Positions 34,902-48,139 of a stretch of 64,000 nucleotides of DNA are shown in pieces. The DNA is taken from the NCBI RefSeq assembly GCF_036365525.1, contig NC_090380.1:65541591-65605590 (forward strand), read 5' to 3'. The notes beneath the pieces were generated by a model that saw only the letters and a list, made by a program, of their open reading frames with translations, was not told the DNA's origin and did not search any database. The stretch comes from Heterodontus francisci (taxonomy: Eukaryota). The translations under genes and the position numbers were made by a program. Every line of letters begins with the position of its first letter. The stretch's first letter is position 1.

Positions 34902-37568
34902 GGGCTGAATTTTCACATCTGGGTCAGGAATCGAAAGTCCAAGTCCCAAACCTGCCTCCAGGATGGGTTGAGGGGTGCTGGGGGAGGCAGCGGGCAACAG
35001 AAATGAGTTGATGCGGAGACAGGTTTAGCAGCCAACTAATGGCCGCAGGGTGGGAATGGAGGCAAGCCAACTCAAGTGAGAGCCTCATTTAAACTTACCA
35101 CAGCAGCTATTACTATGGCTGCCGTTTGAGTGCTGAAAGTGGACTGTGAAGCATCACAGTGAACTTTCGGCTGGACTTCTCAAAGCAATGATGTCTCAGG
35201 AGAGCCAGAGGCCTGGAACCCGGAGCAAGGCAGACCCTCATTTATTGGATACCAACCTGGAGGTATTGCTGGAGGCTGTGAGAGAGAGGAGGAGGCCCTC
35301 TTCCTGGAGGGTGGCAGGAGAGACCACCCATAAAGACCAAACAGGCCTGGATAAATATCACTGTCACAGTCAGTGGCAGAAGCATGATAAGAAGAAGTTG
35401 AATTCAGTGTAGAAAGAGGTTCAATTACCTCATACGCTCTGGCAAGATGAGCGCTACCTGCAACCCTCAGGACAGGTCACTCCGTCAGACACACCAGCTG
35501 AGGAACCTCAGGGCACATGCTGCTCCTGAACATGGGAGGGGTGGGTGCTCAGGGTACTTAATGACCCCTCAGAATGTCTCTCAGCCATAGTGCTACTGAG
35601 GTCTTGCCAACACTGAAACATGCACCCTCCAATGTATTGGGAGCAAATGCCATTGGCCATATAGGATTGCAGTGCCTTATCATGGTTTCTTTTTCCTTTG
35701 AAGGAGATATGGGCACATAATGCCCAAGGAAGAGCCCAAATAGATGGATGGTACCCTACCTGCAGATCATCACGGTTATGGAGGAGCGAGCGATGGAAGT
35801 GGCCCGGATTGCAGACCAGGAGGCAGTCGGCCCTGGCGAAATGGACACTCATGGTGGAGATGATCATTACAGAGTGCAATGTGCTCATTAGGGGGGGTGT
35901 TGCAGTCCACCCACCTGACAGCATGCTGAGCACTGAGTTGCATTGGGAAGCCTCAACACTGCAGAGGCTTCTGCTCTCCAAGGCCAGCTCTCATGATCTC
36001 TTTTAGTGTCTCCCACAGGTGCAGACATCCACCCCATGAGACCTTCTCCATCTCCATCAGCAGCCTAAGATGACTAGTAAGGATCCGAAGAAGCACCATC
36101 ACATCTTAAAAATGCACCATCCACCAGCGCAGATACTCTCACCTTGGTGGGTCCTCTGCATACATTCAGATAGGATGGCACTGGGTGAGGAGGTGCCAGA
36201 GGCAGAGCCAACAGTGGTCAGTTCCCCTCGGATGAAGGAGGACAGACACAGCCCTGCTCAGCTAGGCACAGATGCAGGGTCTCAGGAGTCACTGGAAAGG
36301 AGGATCTACCTAGACCAGCATTAGGAGATGTGCTCCCACATGTCAGAGTTCCCTGAGGCAGTGCGGGATCATGGGCAGAGAATGGAGGAGTCCATCTAGC
36401 TTAACTGTGCCACCATGGCTCAAGGTTATGAACACCTCCACGGAGAGAGTGGCCAACCTTATGGAGAGCCATATGCGGCAGCTCTTGGAGTGCATTCAGG
36501 AACTGCGCACTGACATCCACAGGATCCGTGAGACACTGTGCAGCCTGGACCGGTGGTGCTGGCGGTGCAGAGACGTTTTGAGGGGATGCCAGTTGCGCCC
36601 CAGCTGGTACTCCCTGCCAGCCATCTGGAGTACCCACCAAGGGCTGAGAATGTCACTGAGGATGATGAGGGTGCCTCATGGAGTGCTTTCATCATCCTTG
36701 GCCTCCTTGGCTCCTCTGACAGGGGGAATATCTGTGCGGAAAGACTGCCACATGCATCTCAGCCACAAGCCGAGACAAGTGAGCATCCACCTCCTACGAG
36801 GCCACCGGGAAGAACTGCGTAGAGGTGGCCAAGAGTGGAGGCCACCATGTTGCATAGAGCACTGAGCGGGTCACTGGTGTGTCTTCTTGCTGTAACTGTG
36901 CACTGTTTTCCTTTCTGATCCCTATGTAAATAATAAGATTTCTGAGACTCCTTTTATAGATGGCGGGACAAGAAAAGTGGTATGAAGTGGTGAAGGAGAT
37001 CAAGGGTTCCTCAGTGGTGATGACAAAGCCTCTGGGCAGATATACTTCCTTCATTGGCAGTAGGAGTTTAGATGTTCCAGGCTGCGTTTTCAATGGATGT
37101 GATGCCAGGAGGCTGACGACCCCCTACACTGCCAAAGCAGTTACTGCACACTCTCCCTGCCACCTGTGCAATGCCAAGGGCACCTGTTTCCCAATGGCCG
37201 AGTCCCCCTTTGCACCATTCACCCTCTTGTGGGGCCAAGGTAATTCCCTGGGGCGGCCATGACTGACTCCCCACTGTGTACCCACCTCCCTTCATCTGGT
37301 CTGCCCCAGACAGTACAAGCAGCCTGTGCGCCCCTGTGAAAATCTCAACACCCCTCCATTAACAAGTTCTTATTGAGCTCCTCAACCACCTTAATTAGCC
37401 TTAATCAGGGATCAAGAAGGATCACGATAATCCCCTTCTGCCATCCCCCCACCCCTCCACCCTGGCGAACATGGCTGGCGCTGGAAACTAGCATGCCAGC
37501 TGGCACCAGTATTTTTGGGCCCCTTTCACCTCCATTCCCACTGCCAGCGGAACCTGAAAAATCAGCCC
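34902..37568. mobile_element. Harbinger/PIF-like DNA transposon, decayed: Myb/SANT-like gene on +, possible nuclease remnant on -
   Basis: TIRs gggctgaatttt / aaaaatcagccc; 3-bp flanks gtg/atg; LEVLLEAVRERR..TKQAW..I...V....IQCRKRFN..RSGK across frameshifts at 35190-35447. Confidence 0.75.
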
Positions 37569-38599
37569 ATGCTGTTTTTGAGGGGTGATGCCTATGAGAT
37601 GTATGATGCAACAGGCATGCGTTAAATGCAAGACTTTTAATTATTTGTTTTTTGTAGACTTCAAATTAGCTTTATAAAGCAGACAGTTGAAACCAGTCCC
37701 GATGAAAATAGTAAATTAATTTTACTCCACACCAGATAACTTTACAGGATGGAAATGGGTGAATTCACTATATTGGGATATATTGGCAAAAGAATTGAGA
37801 TTACTGGCCTTTGAACATAAGAGTTTCCAATGGTAGATTCCTTTTGGTCTTTAGAATCTTAGTATACTTTCTCAATATTTGTAACAATACTTCTGTCTCA
37901 TAACATTATGCCTAAAATAGATTTACTTTAATTTGGAACTTTAGACTTTCTAGGCTACCAATTTTTGATTTCTGATCCTAAACAGAAGTGAAAAACAGAT
38001 AAGAACTTTTATTAGCATAAAGGACTCTGCTTAATCATCAGAGTAAGTAGATAGTGAGCTGAAGATTTGGATCACAGACTTTTTGAGATTTTTAAATTAA
38101 AATTGTGATATTTCTGTAAGGTAAATTTCAGATACATAAGATTTAGATAAAAATTAAGAACAATTTGAGGATAAGTTGAAGTTGGCCTGTCTTAGTCAAT
38201 TGAAGCCCATGATGTCTCATTGCTTCGGGTCAAACAACAACTTGAATTTACATAGTGCCTTTAACATAGTGAAACATCACAAAGTTCTTCACAAGAGCAT
38301 AACCAAACAAAATTTGACACAAGGTCAAGGAAATCTCCTGTTTAATACCACTAATCACCCCTCATCTGATAAATCCTCCATGTTGAACACTACTGAGGAA
38401 GGCTATAGAATGTCCTCTGGATAGGGGACTTAAATGTCAACCTCCAAGTGTGACTAGATAGTACCACCACTAACTTCTTACATACAACAGTGACTACACT
38501 TCAAAACTACTTCATTAGTTGTAAAGCACTTTGAGACATCAGGTATTTGTGAAAGGTGCTATATAAATGTAAGTCTTTCTTTTCTTTTTTAACTGAGCT

Positions 38600-40580
38600 A
38601 GCCAAGTCCTGAAGGGCAAAGCTGCCAGAATGGCATCAGGCAGTGAAGGAACCAACATAAGGAAGCAACATATTTGACCTTGCCCTCGCCAATCTAACTG
38701 TTGCAGAAACATTTATCCAGATCGCATTGTCAGCAATGGCCACTACACAGTCCTTGTGAATTTCTTTCTTCTTTCTTTTGGGCCTCCTTATCTCGAGAGA
38801 CAATGGATACGCGCCTGGAGGTGGTCAGTGGTTTGTGAAGCAGCGCCTGGAGTGGCTATAAAGGCCAATTCTAGAGTGACAGGCTCTTCCACAGGTGCTG
38901 CAGAGAAATTTGTTTGTCGGGGCTGTTGCACAGTTGGCTCTCCCCTTGCGCCTCTGTCTTTTTTCCTGCCAACTACTAAGTCTCTTCGACTCGCCACAAT
39001 TTAGCCCTGCCTTTATGGCTGCCCGCCAGCTCTGGCGAATGCTGGCAACTGACTCCCACGACTTGTGATCAATGTCACACGATTTCATGTCGCGTTTGCA
39101 GACGTCTTTATAGCGGAGACATGGACGGCCGGTGGGTCTGATACCAGTGGCGAGCTCGCTGTACAATGTGTCTTTGGGGATCCTGCCATCTTCCATGCGG
39201 CTCACATGGCCAAGCCATCTCAAGCGCCGCTGACTCAGTAGTGTGTATAAGCTGGGGGTGTTGGCCGCTTCAAGGACTTCTGTGTTGGAGATATAGTCCT
39301 GCCACCTGATGCCAAGTATTCTCCGAAGGCAGCGAAGATGGAATGAATTGAGACGTCGCTCTTGGCTGGCATACGTTGTCCAGGCCTCGCTGCCGTAGAG
39401 CAAGGTACTGAGGACACAGGCCTGATACACTTGGACTTTTGTGTTCCGTGTCAGTGCGCCATTTTCCCACACTCTCTTGGCCAGTCTGGACATAGCAGTG
39501 GAAGCCTTACCCATGTGCTTGTTGATTTCTGCATCTAGAGACAGGTTACTGGTGATAGTTGAGCCTAGGTAGGTGAACTCTTGAACCACTTCCAGAGCGT
39601 GGTCGCCAATATTGATGGATGGAGCATTTCTGACGTCCTGCCCCATGATGTTCGTTTTCTTGAGGCTGATGGTTAGGCCAAATTCATTGCAGGCAGCCGC
39701 AAACCTGTCGATGAGACTCTGCAGGCACTCTTCAGTGTGAGATGTTAAAGCAGCATCGTCAGCAATCCTTGTGAATATAGAGTTGTGTTCATAGTGAGGG
39801 CAACTTCCATTGTACAATGGGAATCCATGAGCCATTGTGGGCCATCAGCAGCAGCAGAACGTTACAAAATCACAATCTGTAACCTCATGACTCTACACAT
39901 CCCTTACTCCTCCAACACTATAAAGCTCGGAGACTAATCATAATTCAATAGGGTGTGTAAAACGGCATGCCAGGAGCAGCACCAGGCACGCCTAGAATGA
40001 AACCCAGAGCTGGTGCAATTACTGCACAGGGCTACCTACATGATAAACACAAAAAAACAGTAAACTACAAGTCGAGCTATGTGGCCGCACAATCAATGAA
40101 CCAGAGTAAGGCTCCATAGTCCTATCACATCCAGTCAAAAATGGTAGTGGAGAAGTAGGCATCTAACATGAGGTTGAGGTGCTGTGAATTTTTCCATCCT
40201 TAACTATAGTGGAGGCAACAAAGCGAGTGCAAGAGACAAGGCTAGAATGCTGGTAAATACCTTTAGGCTAAAGTCCAAAGTTAATGATCCCACTTGGGCC
40301 CCCTTCTGAATTCTCCACCATCATAGATACCAGTGTCCAGCCAATTTGGATCATACCATGTGACATTCAAAACTGATTGATTTTATTGTATTATAGCAAA
40401 GGCTATGGGCCTGACAACATCCTGTGCTGAAGATCTATATACTAAAACTAGCCACCTTCCTAGCCAAGCTGTTCTAGTGCATTTCCTGACAATGTGGAAA
40501 TATTGCCTAGGCATGTGCTATCCACGAAAAGCAGGACCAATCTAACTCAGCCAATTACTGACTGATAAACCTCATCCCAA
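38600..40580 (+). mobile_element. Old CR1-group LINE (APE end, linker, RT start); continues at 47887-48100
   Basis: EPT..SN.FDL APE motif at ~38650; ANY..I.LIP before the LTR and NNLLTDAQFG after 47887. Confidence 0.7.
38762..39765 (-). mobile_element. Young 5'-truncated RTE LINE
   Basis: ORF from ADD to CFTNH; 11-bp TSD tccttgtgaat (38751-38761 / 39766-39776). Confidence 0.95.
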
Positions 40581-40672
40581 TCAGGTGAGGAGGGGTCACA
40601 AGGCTTCCCTCTTGTCCTTTCTCTTATTTGACCACAACAGGGTTTATTCCTTTTAAGCAGGGCATACCACCA

Positions 40673-41343
40673 AATGCAGACTGGGTGACCGCTTTGCAGA
40701 ACACCTCCGCTCAGTCTGAAAGCATGACCCCGAGCTTCCGGTTGCTGGCCATTTCAACACTCCTCCTCCTGCTCTCATGCCCACATGTCTGTCCTGGGAT
40801 TGCTGCAGTGTTCCAGTGAACATCAACGCAAGCTCGAGGAACAGCACATCATTTACTGATTAGGCACGCTACAGCCTGCTGGACTGAACATTGAGTTCAA
40901 TCATTTCAGAGCATGACGGGCCCCCCTTTTTATTTTTAGTTCTTTTTTCTTTTTTATGTTTTAATTTTATTTTAGTTTGTTTAGTTTGTTTCTACTGTGC
41001 CTACCCACTGTTTATTTCATGTTTGTGCTTGGGGCCCGGCTGTTCAATTTTCTGTCAGTTAACACCCTCTCTGTACTAATGCTTTGGCTTTCACCACATC
41101 GTTAACATACCGTTTGCCTTTGCTCCATGACCTTCTGATCAGTTATTCTCTGTGACCTTGTCCTATCAACACCTCTCTTTTGTTATCTCTTGCCCCACCT
41201 CCACTTTACTTGCTTAAAACCTATTACATTTTTAGCTTTTGCCAGTTCTGATGAAGGGTCACTGACCTGAAACATGAACTTTTCTTCTCTCTCCACAGAT
41301 GCTGCTAGACCTGCTGAGTATTTCAAGCATTTCTTGTTTTTAT
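40673..41343 (+). mobile_element. Penelope-like element 3' portion (GIY-YIG endonuclease C-terminus and pLTR) inserted in LTR
   Basis: KCRLGDRFAEHLRSV..PELPVAGHFN..RKLEEQH...LGTLQPAGLNIEF; TSD taccacc on both sides. Confidence 0.9.
41244..41280 (+). ncRNA. Hammerhead ribozyme motif with mutated cleavage site (likely inactive)
   Basis: agtt-CTGATGA-a-gggtc(act)gacct-GAAA-CATG-aact; the NUH triplet is replaced by AUG. Confidence 0.55.
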
Positions 41344-43215
41344 TACCACCTCAGTGAGTGTTTTACCTTTTACCTTTGTTGTGATCGTAAAAGAACCAAT
41401 CAGACAGGTTTTCTTGAGTTTAAACAAGAAAGAGGTGAGTTTATTACACTTAAAAGTCTAAACCCGATCTAAATAAAAATAATAAAATTATGCTACACTT
41501 TCACGCACACACACACACGAGAATCACACACACAAATAGATTACAGAGTGATGAGGGATAGATTTGTGTTGGATTAGAGTCCAGAACAAATAAAAATAAT
41601 ACACGGTCCGTGGTGATTGGTGACTTTAATGGTCTTCCAGTTGAATATGTGGTTCTGAGGTTCTGCGTTGGTAGTTGTTCTTGGAGACAGTTGAGTAGAG
41701 GGCTTCCTTCTCGGTGTCTTTGTCTTGGATCTAGGAGCCGGCAGTGAGGCTTCGCATGCCCCACCAGGCCTTCTGGAGAGAGATACAGCCCTTCTGGCTT
41801 CTGCACAGATTGAGTCTCTGGCTTGTCTCCTTGTCCAAGGGAAATTCCCAGCTTTCGCAGAGATGGACAAATGGTCTCACAACTGTCTCAATGTATTCTC
41901 TGGTACCTTTGAATAAGATTCAAGTTTAGGAATTTCAATCTCTCAAATCTCATGGTGACAATGTTCACCCCTGGAGGGGTTCAACCTTTCAATATTAATG
42001 TCCCAGGATGGCTTTGAATGTCTTACTAATGAAAGCAATCTCAGGTAGTTCAATCAAGAGGGCAAGCTATTGTTTTGGGTTCTGGCTAATCAGACATATG
42101 TCTCCACTTTGATGCCTTGAAATGTGCAAGGTTTTCAAATGCAAATAATGGTGGCCATTTTTAGCTGTAACAAAGTCTTTGTAAAAGTTGTCTGTAATAT
42201 TCCAGCTTTCCTTTCTTTTTAAATTTAATGCAAGTTTCCAACCGATGAATTAAAAATCCTCATTTGGCGTAGCATGTTTTCTTGACACTTCTGCACCACA
42301 CGGAATGAAATGTGATGATAGGAACATTTCATTACAAGGTTGTAAAAAAAAACACACACATTCATTCTCAAACACTCACTTCTCAAATTCACACATTAAT
42401 CTTAGAATTTCTGTAGCTGGCATTGTCTGCAACAGCTATTCTGGTTTAATTTTTTTTGGAGTTTTGTCATCACCCTTCCTTTGGATGAGGTCCATTAAGA
42501 AATTGCATTTCTTTTGGGTTATTTGTTGTCAAATGGGGTTAAAGTTTCTCTAGCATCAATTTTTAATACTCTGCGAATGTACATCTCAATAAACGTGTGG
42601 TTGTTGGTGAAGCTTGGGGTACGCAAATACTGCTTGTGGCTAGTCCTCCTGTATGTACAAGCTTTAACCCTTCAACTGCTGTTTCTGCAACATGTTGCTT
42701 TAACCATTCAGGTTCCAACACCTTCATAATTTTTCTCTCTATAGTGAGAATGGGTAATAAATTGTGTTTTTTAGCCCCTGTGAGGTATCTGAGACTTCCT
42801 CTGGGCCCTTGTTCTTGATAAGTTCTGAATTGAAATTGTTGGGTTTGATTAGCTTTGGGTTTGGGACCTGATCATTGGGTTCTTCAGTGGGTAGATCCAC
42901 ACTGACCTCACTTTTAATTTTCTGGTGAGTTACACATGTGCTGTTTACCTTAGGGCATTTTCCTTCCTTTTTCCCTTTACTGCGGAGAGGGTCTTTTCTC
43001 TAATCTGCCCCATGTCCTCTAGGACATGATTGCTTGTTGGTGTCTGTCCAGCTTTCACTGCACTCCCCTGTGGCACTTCAACTAGGTGAGGTGTGACCCT
43101 TACGAATGGCTTGCCATTTTGGGAACTTTCCTTGTCCTGCAGATTTCTGTAAATTCTGTGAGCAGTCTTTTTAGGGTATCTCTTTGTCCTGCATTTAAGT
43201 AGGAGAGTACAGTGT

Positions 43216-44600
43216 CTAATTTTTCGAACATACAGTGTTGGCTAACCAGACAGTAGGGGGTTCAATTTGGGAATTCTCCAGGCCTACCTCTAACTCATCC
43301 TCACTGTCCCTTTTGTTCCCTTCCTTCCTTTCCTTCCTGACTGTCTGACAGACCTGTGCTTGTCTGTCCCCTTCCCGGCTGTGATACTGTTTTAACATGT
43401 TAATGTGGCACAACCGTTGCTTTTTCCTTCGGTCTGGGGTGTCTATTAAATAATTTACTTGGCTAATCCTTTTCGCTACTTGGTATGGGCCACTGAACCG
43501 GGCTTTTAGGGGTTCACACTGAATTGGGAGTAGTACTAATACATGGTCTCCGGGCCGAAATGTTCTGGTCTTGGCATGTTTATCTGCCTGCCTTTTCACA
43601 GCTGTCCGGGAGGTTTTTAGGTGCTCCTGAGCCACTGCACAGGCTTTCGTGAACTTGGAAGACTCATCCCTGTGTCCCAAAAAGTCTCCTTGATTAGTTT
43701 AAGAGGACTCTTACCTCGTGTCCATAAACTAATTCAAAGGGACTAAAGCCAGTGGACTCATAGGGTGAGTCCCTGGTGGCAAACAGGAGAAATCCCAGCC
43801 CTTTGTCCCAGTCATGGGGGTACTCATAGCAGTATGCCCTGATCATTGTCTTTAGGGTCTGGTGGTACCATTCCAAAGTCCCTTGTGACTGTGGGTGGTA
43901 GGCTGAGGACTTTAGCTGGGTTATGCCCAGATTACCCAGGACTTTTTGAAAGATCCCAGACATGAAATTCATGTCCTGATCCAACTGAATCTCAGCAGGT
44001 TAACCTCTGCACCACTACCTTGGCAGAGATAATGCTTAGGGGAATGGCCTCTGGGAATTGGGTAGCTACATCCATAATGGTGAGACGATAATGGTAGTCC
44101 CCTTTTTTTTTCAGCAGGGGTCCCACACAATCCACCAGCACTCTGCTGAAGGGTTCTGCAAAAGCCAGTATGGGAATTAGGGATGCAGGTTTTATTGCAG
44201 GTTGGGGCTTCCCCACAACCTGGCACATGTGGCAGGTTTTACAGAACTCCACCACATCTCTGTGGAGTTTTGGCCGGTCAAAATGCTGTCTTATGCAGGC
44301 TTGCGTTTTTCATACACTGACATGTCCAGCCATTGGAAGATCGTTGGCTATTCTTAGCAGTTCCTTACCATACCTTGGCAGCACCACTATCTGGTGAACC
44401 ACTGTCCACTCTTTGTCCACAGGTCTGTGAGGAGGTCTCCTCTTCCTCATCAGCACATTCTTTAAATAGTAACACTCTGGGACTCCCTTTACTTCAGCTT
44501 TGGTTTGGGCAGTCTGTGCTAACTTTTTAAATACTGGATTGTCTTGCTGAGCCTCGACCAAGGAAGACCTATTTAACACATCCTTTGGGCCCTTTGACTT
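43216..44600 (-). pseudogene. Element B integrase
   Basis: AGHVSV, CKTCHMCQ, DCVGP, DQDMNFMS, ARFSGPYQV. Confidence 0.9.
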
Positions 44601-44642
44601 CCCAAAGAAGATTTCCGACAGTCCAGACAGTAGGGTCATTTG

Positions 44643-44956
44643 ACATAGACAGCACCTTATAAACCCATGACCTCTACCAACTAAAAGGACAAGGGCAGCA
44701 AATGCATGGGAACACCACCAACTGCAAGTTCCCCTCCAAGTCACACACCATTCTGACTTGGAACTATATCACCATTCCTTCACTGTCGCTGGGTCAAAAT
44801 CCTGGAACTCCCTTCTTTACAGCACTGTGGGTGTACCTACCCCACGTGGACTGCAGCGGTTCAAGAAGACAGCTCACCATCACGTTTTCAAGGGCAATAA
44901 ATGCTGGTCCAGCCAGCGACGCCCACATCCCATGAATGAATAAAAAAAATTAAAAA
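44643..44956 (+). mobile_element. CR1-group LINE 3' fragment inserted in element B
   Basis: SKSWNSL..GLQRFKKTAHHH; A-rich tail; TSD catttg (44637-44642 / 44957-44962). Confidence 0.8.
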
Positions 44957-44959
44957 CAT

Positions 44960-46851
44960 TTGTCTGCAGTGCCAGTTCAGCCTCCTCTGTTGGAGCTAGT
45001 TTGGCCATGGACCGAGTCACCACGCAGTCATGGAAAATGCCGGGACCGTCTCCTGCAACTGCTCTGTCTCCCTGACCTCATTCGGTCTCTCTAAAACTAC
45101 TGGGGAAGCTACCACCTTTGCCCCCACCAGATCATTACACAGGAGCATGTTGATCCCATCCACAGGTAGGCTAGGGACAATCCCCACAGTTACTGGTCCT
45201 GAAACAAGGTCACACTCCAAGTGCACCTTGGTGAAAAGGCATGGGCATATACCACCCTCCAATACCATTCACTAACACCCTAGCATTCAATGCACTCTCT
45301 GGGGCAAAAGTCATGCCTGTTCCCAGCAGAAGGGATTGGGTGGCCCCTGTATCCCTAAGTATGACTATGGACTTCCTTGCCTTACTCGAGGGGTATGGGG
45401 TCACTTTTCCTTGGGACACAAAATTCTGGTAACTTTCAGGGATTTTGTTAAGTTTTTTCACACTCACAGCGGTCAGTTTACCGGGTCTTACTGCCACAGT
45501 TAAAGCCACAACCTGGTCTTCTGCGCTTCCCATCAAGGCCCCTTGTCCTGTACTGGTTTGGTGTGCCCTAATTAATCCTACAGGTTTTCTCTGTAACTTC
45601 CAGCAGTCAGCTCAAAGGTGACCTACCCTGTTATAATGGAAACACACAGGTCTTCGAGCGTCACTCCTGCTTTCAGCACCGTCCTTTTGGGCCTGAGGAG
45701 GGCCCCCTGTGTGTCTAGCTTTCCCTTCTTGCCTGTGGTTGTTCGGGCTCCTATCACCCTCCCACCTTTTATCCTTTTCAGGTTTTTTAGGGGTGACCAG
45801 AGAAGGGTTCCACTTGGGGTATAGGCTTGTGAACGAGCATAAATTCATCAGCCAGAATTGTGGCCTGCCTGGTTGTTGGAACCTTTTGTTCCCCTATGTG
45901 GGTTTTAATGGGAAGGGGGAGCAAGTTTTAGAACTTCTCAAGAAGGATCACCTCTCTCAGGTTTTCGTATGTGGGCTGTAGCTTGATAGCCCGTATCCAC
46001 TGGTCAAAAGCAAGCTGCTTAAATCTTTCAAACTCGAGGTATGTTTGCTCAGGCTGCTTTTGGAGGATTCGGAATTTTTGGCGGTACGCCTCCAGTACTA
46101 GTTCATATACGACCAGGATAGCATTTTTAGTCATCTCATAGTCTGATGAACTCTCATCAGGCAACAATGATTAAACATTAGATAAAAACAGAAAATGCTG
46201 GAAATACTCAGCATGTCTGGCAGCATCTGTGGAGAAAGAAGCAGAGTAACCTCATGGGCTTTTCCTGTTTGCTTTGCAAAAAAAGAGTGAGTCCAGCTGT
46301 CTGCTGGCCATTTCAGCTGTTTTGCAAGCTTTTCAAAAGTGACAAAAAATGCTTCCACATTCCCCTCATTGAACTTTGGAATCAACTGGGAGAACTTTAA
46401 AAGCTCAGCACTGGGTCCTGATCTAGGGTAGCTCCCTCACTAGCTGTGCCTTCACTGGGTGTATTGGGTCTCCCCTAGTTAGTTCAAACTGCCTGAACTC
46501 CCTTTCCTCCTTCTCCTTCTGGAAAGCTCTTTCTTTTTCCCTTTCCTCCCATACTTTTTCCCTTTCTTGACACTCTGCTCTTTCTCTCTCTCGAATTCTA
46601 ATTCCAGTCTCCTCTGTTCTATTTGTATCTTAGTTAACCCTGTCTGTTTCTGACTCTAACCCTCTTTCTGAGTCCTCAGGTTCAAGTACAAAATGGTTGG
46701 CTACAAGTTTTAGGATTTCAGATTTCCTAGCTTTTGGACTAGTCCCTAACTGTCCAGCTACATTCCTCAACTCTTCAATAGATAGGGCATTTAACATGTC
46801 CCAGGTTACTTCACTCTGGCTTAGGAAGTTACTGGCCTCAAATGTGGACAT
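44960..46851 (-). pseudogene. Element B gag (SCAN-like, CCHC-like knuckle) and protease; small Penelope fragment at ~46165-46250
   Basis: IPKFNEGNVEAFFVTFEKLA, EAYRQKFR, CFHYNRVGH, ILRDTGATQSLL. Confidence 0.88.
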
Positions 46852-46974
46852 GTTAGTACTCTAGCAGCAAAAACCACAAGAAAACCTCTACTGAGGTTTT
46901 TAAAATTTTGATAGGGATCAATTTGGTTTCCCACTTCCAGTTTCTCATTTGTCATTGGGATATGACGATGGACT

Positions 46975-46984
46975 CGAGCCCCCA
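46975..46984 (-). promoter_or_regulatory. tRNA-Pro primer-binding site of element B
   Basis: Minus strand TGGGGGCTCG, 6 nt from the LTR end. Confidence 0.8.
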
Positions 46985-46990
46985 AATTTC

Positions 46991-47886
46991 TGTTACGATC
47001 AGGTAAGGAGGGGTCACAAGGCTCCCTTCTTGTCCTTTCTCTTATTTGACGACAACAGGGTTTATTCCTTTTTAAACAGTGGATGTGCTTACCACTTCAG
47101 TGAGTATTTTACCTTTTACATTTGCTGTGATCATAAAAGAACCAATCAGACAGGTTTTCTTGAGTTTAAACAAGAAAAGGGTGAGTTTATTATACTTAAA
47201 AGTCTAAACCCAATCTAAATAAAAATAATAAAACTAGGCTACACTTTCACGCACACACACACATTCTGCATTGGTAGTTGTTGTTGGAGACAGTTGAGCA
47301 GAAGGCTTCCTTCTCAGTGTCCTTGTCTTGGATCTAGCAGCTGGCAGCTAGGCTTCGCATGCCCCACCAGGCATTCTGAGAGAAAGAGAGAGACAGCCCT
47401 TCTGCACAGATTGAGTCTCTGGCTTGTCTCCTTGTCCAAGGGAAACTTCCAGCTTTCGCAGAGATGCACAGATGGTCACCTGACAGTCTTAGTGTATTCA
47501 CTGGTACCTTCTAATGAGATTTAAGTTTAGGAATTTCAATCTCTCAAATCTCATGCTGTCAATGTTCACCCCTGGAGGGGTTCACCCTTTCAATATTAAT
47601 GTCCCAGGATAGCTTTGAATGTTTTAATAATGAAAGCAATCTCAGGTAGTTCAATCAATAGGGCAAGCCATTGTTTTGGGTTCTGGCTAATCAGACATGT
47701 GTCTCCACTTTGATGCCTTGGAATGTGCAAGGTTTTCAAATGCAAAAGGTGGCGGCCATTTTTAACTGTGGCAAAGTCTTTGTAAAAGTTGTCTGTAATA
47801 TTCAAGCTTTCCTTTTTTTTAGTTTAATGTAGGTTTCCAACTGATGAATTAAAAATCCTTATTTGGCATAGCATGTTTTCTTGACA
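46991..47886 (-). repeat. 5' LTR of element B (internal deletion relative to the 3' LTR)
   Basis: TGTTAC...TTGACA; matches 40581-42287 once the Penelope insert is removed. Confidence 0.92.
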
Positions 47887-48139
47887 CCAAATATCAAAAA
47901 AATGATGAATAGTATCATCAAGTGATACTGTCTCCAATAATCTACTCACTGATGCACAGTTTGGAGTTTGATGAATTAATTTGGCTCCACACCTCATTAC
48001 AGTTTTGATCCTGATGTGAACATGTGCTGAAGACCAGAGCTGAGAACGGGAGTCACTGTCCTCAAAATCAGAAGTCAATTAGGAGAGTGAACTAATATCT
48101 TTTGGTTCACTTTACAGATGGAGTTTGAAGGGAACAAGA

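Larger units (their letters stand above)
40581..47886 (-). mobile_element. Gmr1-clade Gypsy element B: gag-PR-IN present, RT/RNaseH absent
   Basis: LTRs 46991-47886 and 40581-42287; PBS TGGGGGCTCG; ccaa on both flanks; gag MSTFEASNF, LREVILLEKF; RDTGATQ; VDCVGPL, YHPQSQGTLE. Confidence 0.92.

Noticed and set aside
37735-38042. Candidate plus-strand exon (DNFTGWKWVNSLYWDIL...) ending at gtaagt
   Set aside because: Stops occur at a random rate after ~33 codons, and the phase does not join cleanly once the Harbinger element is excised.
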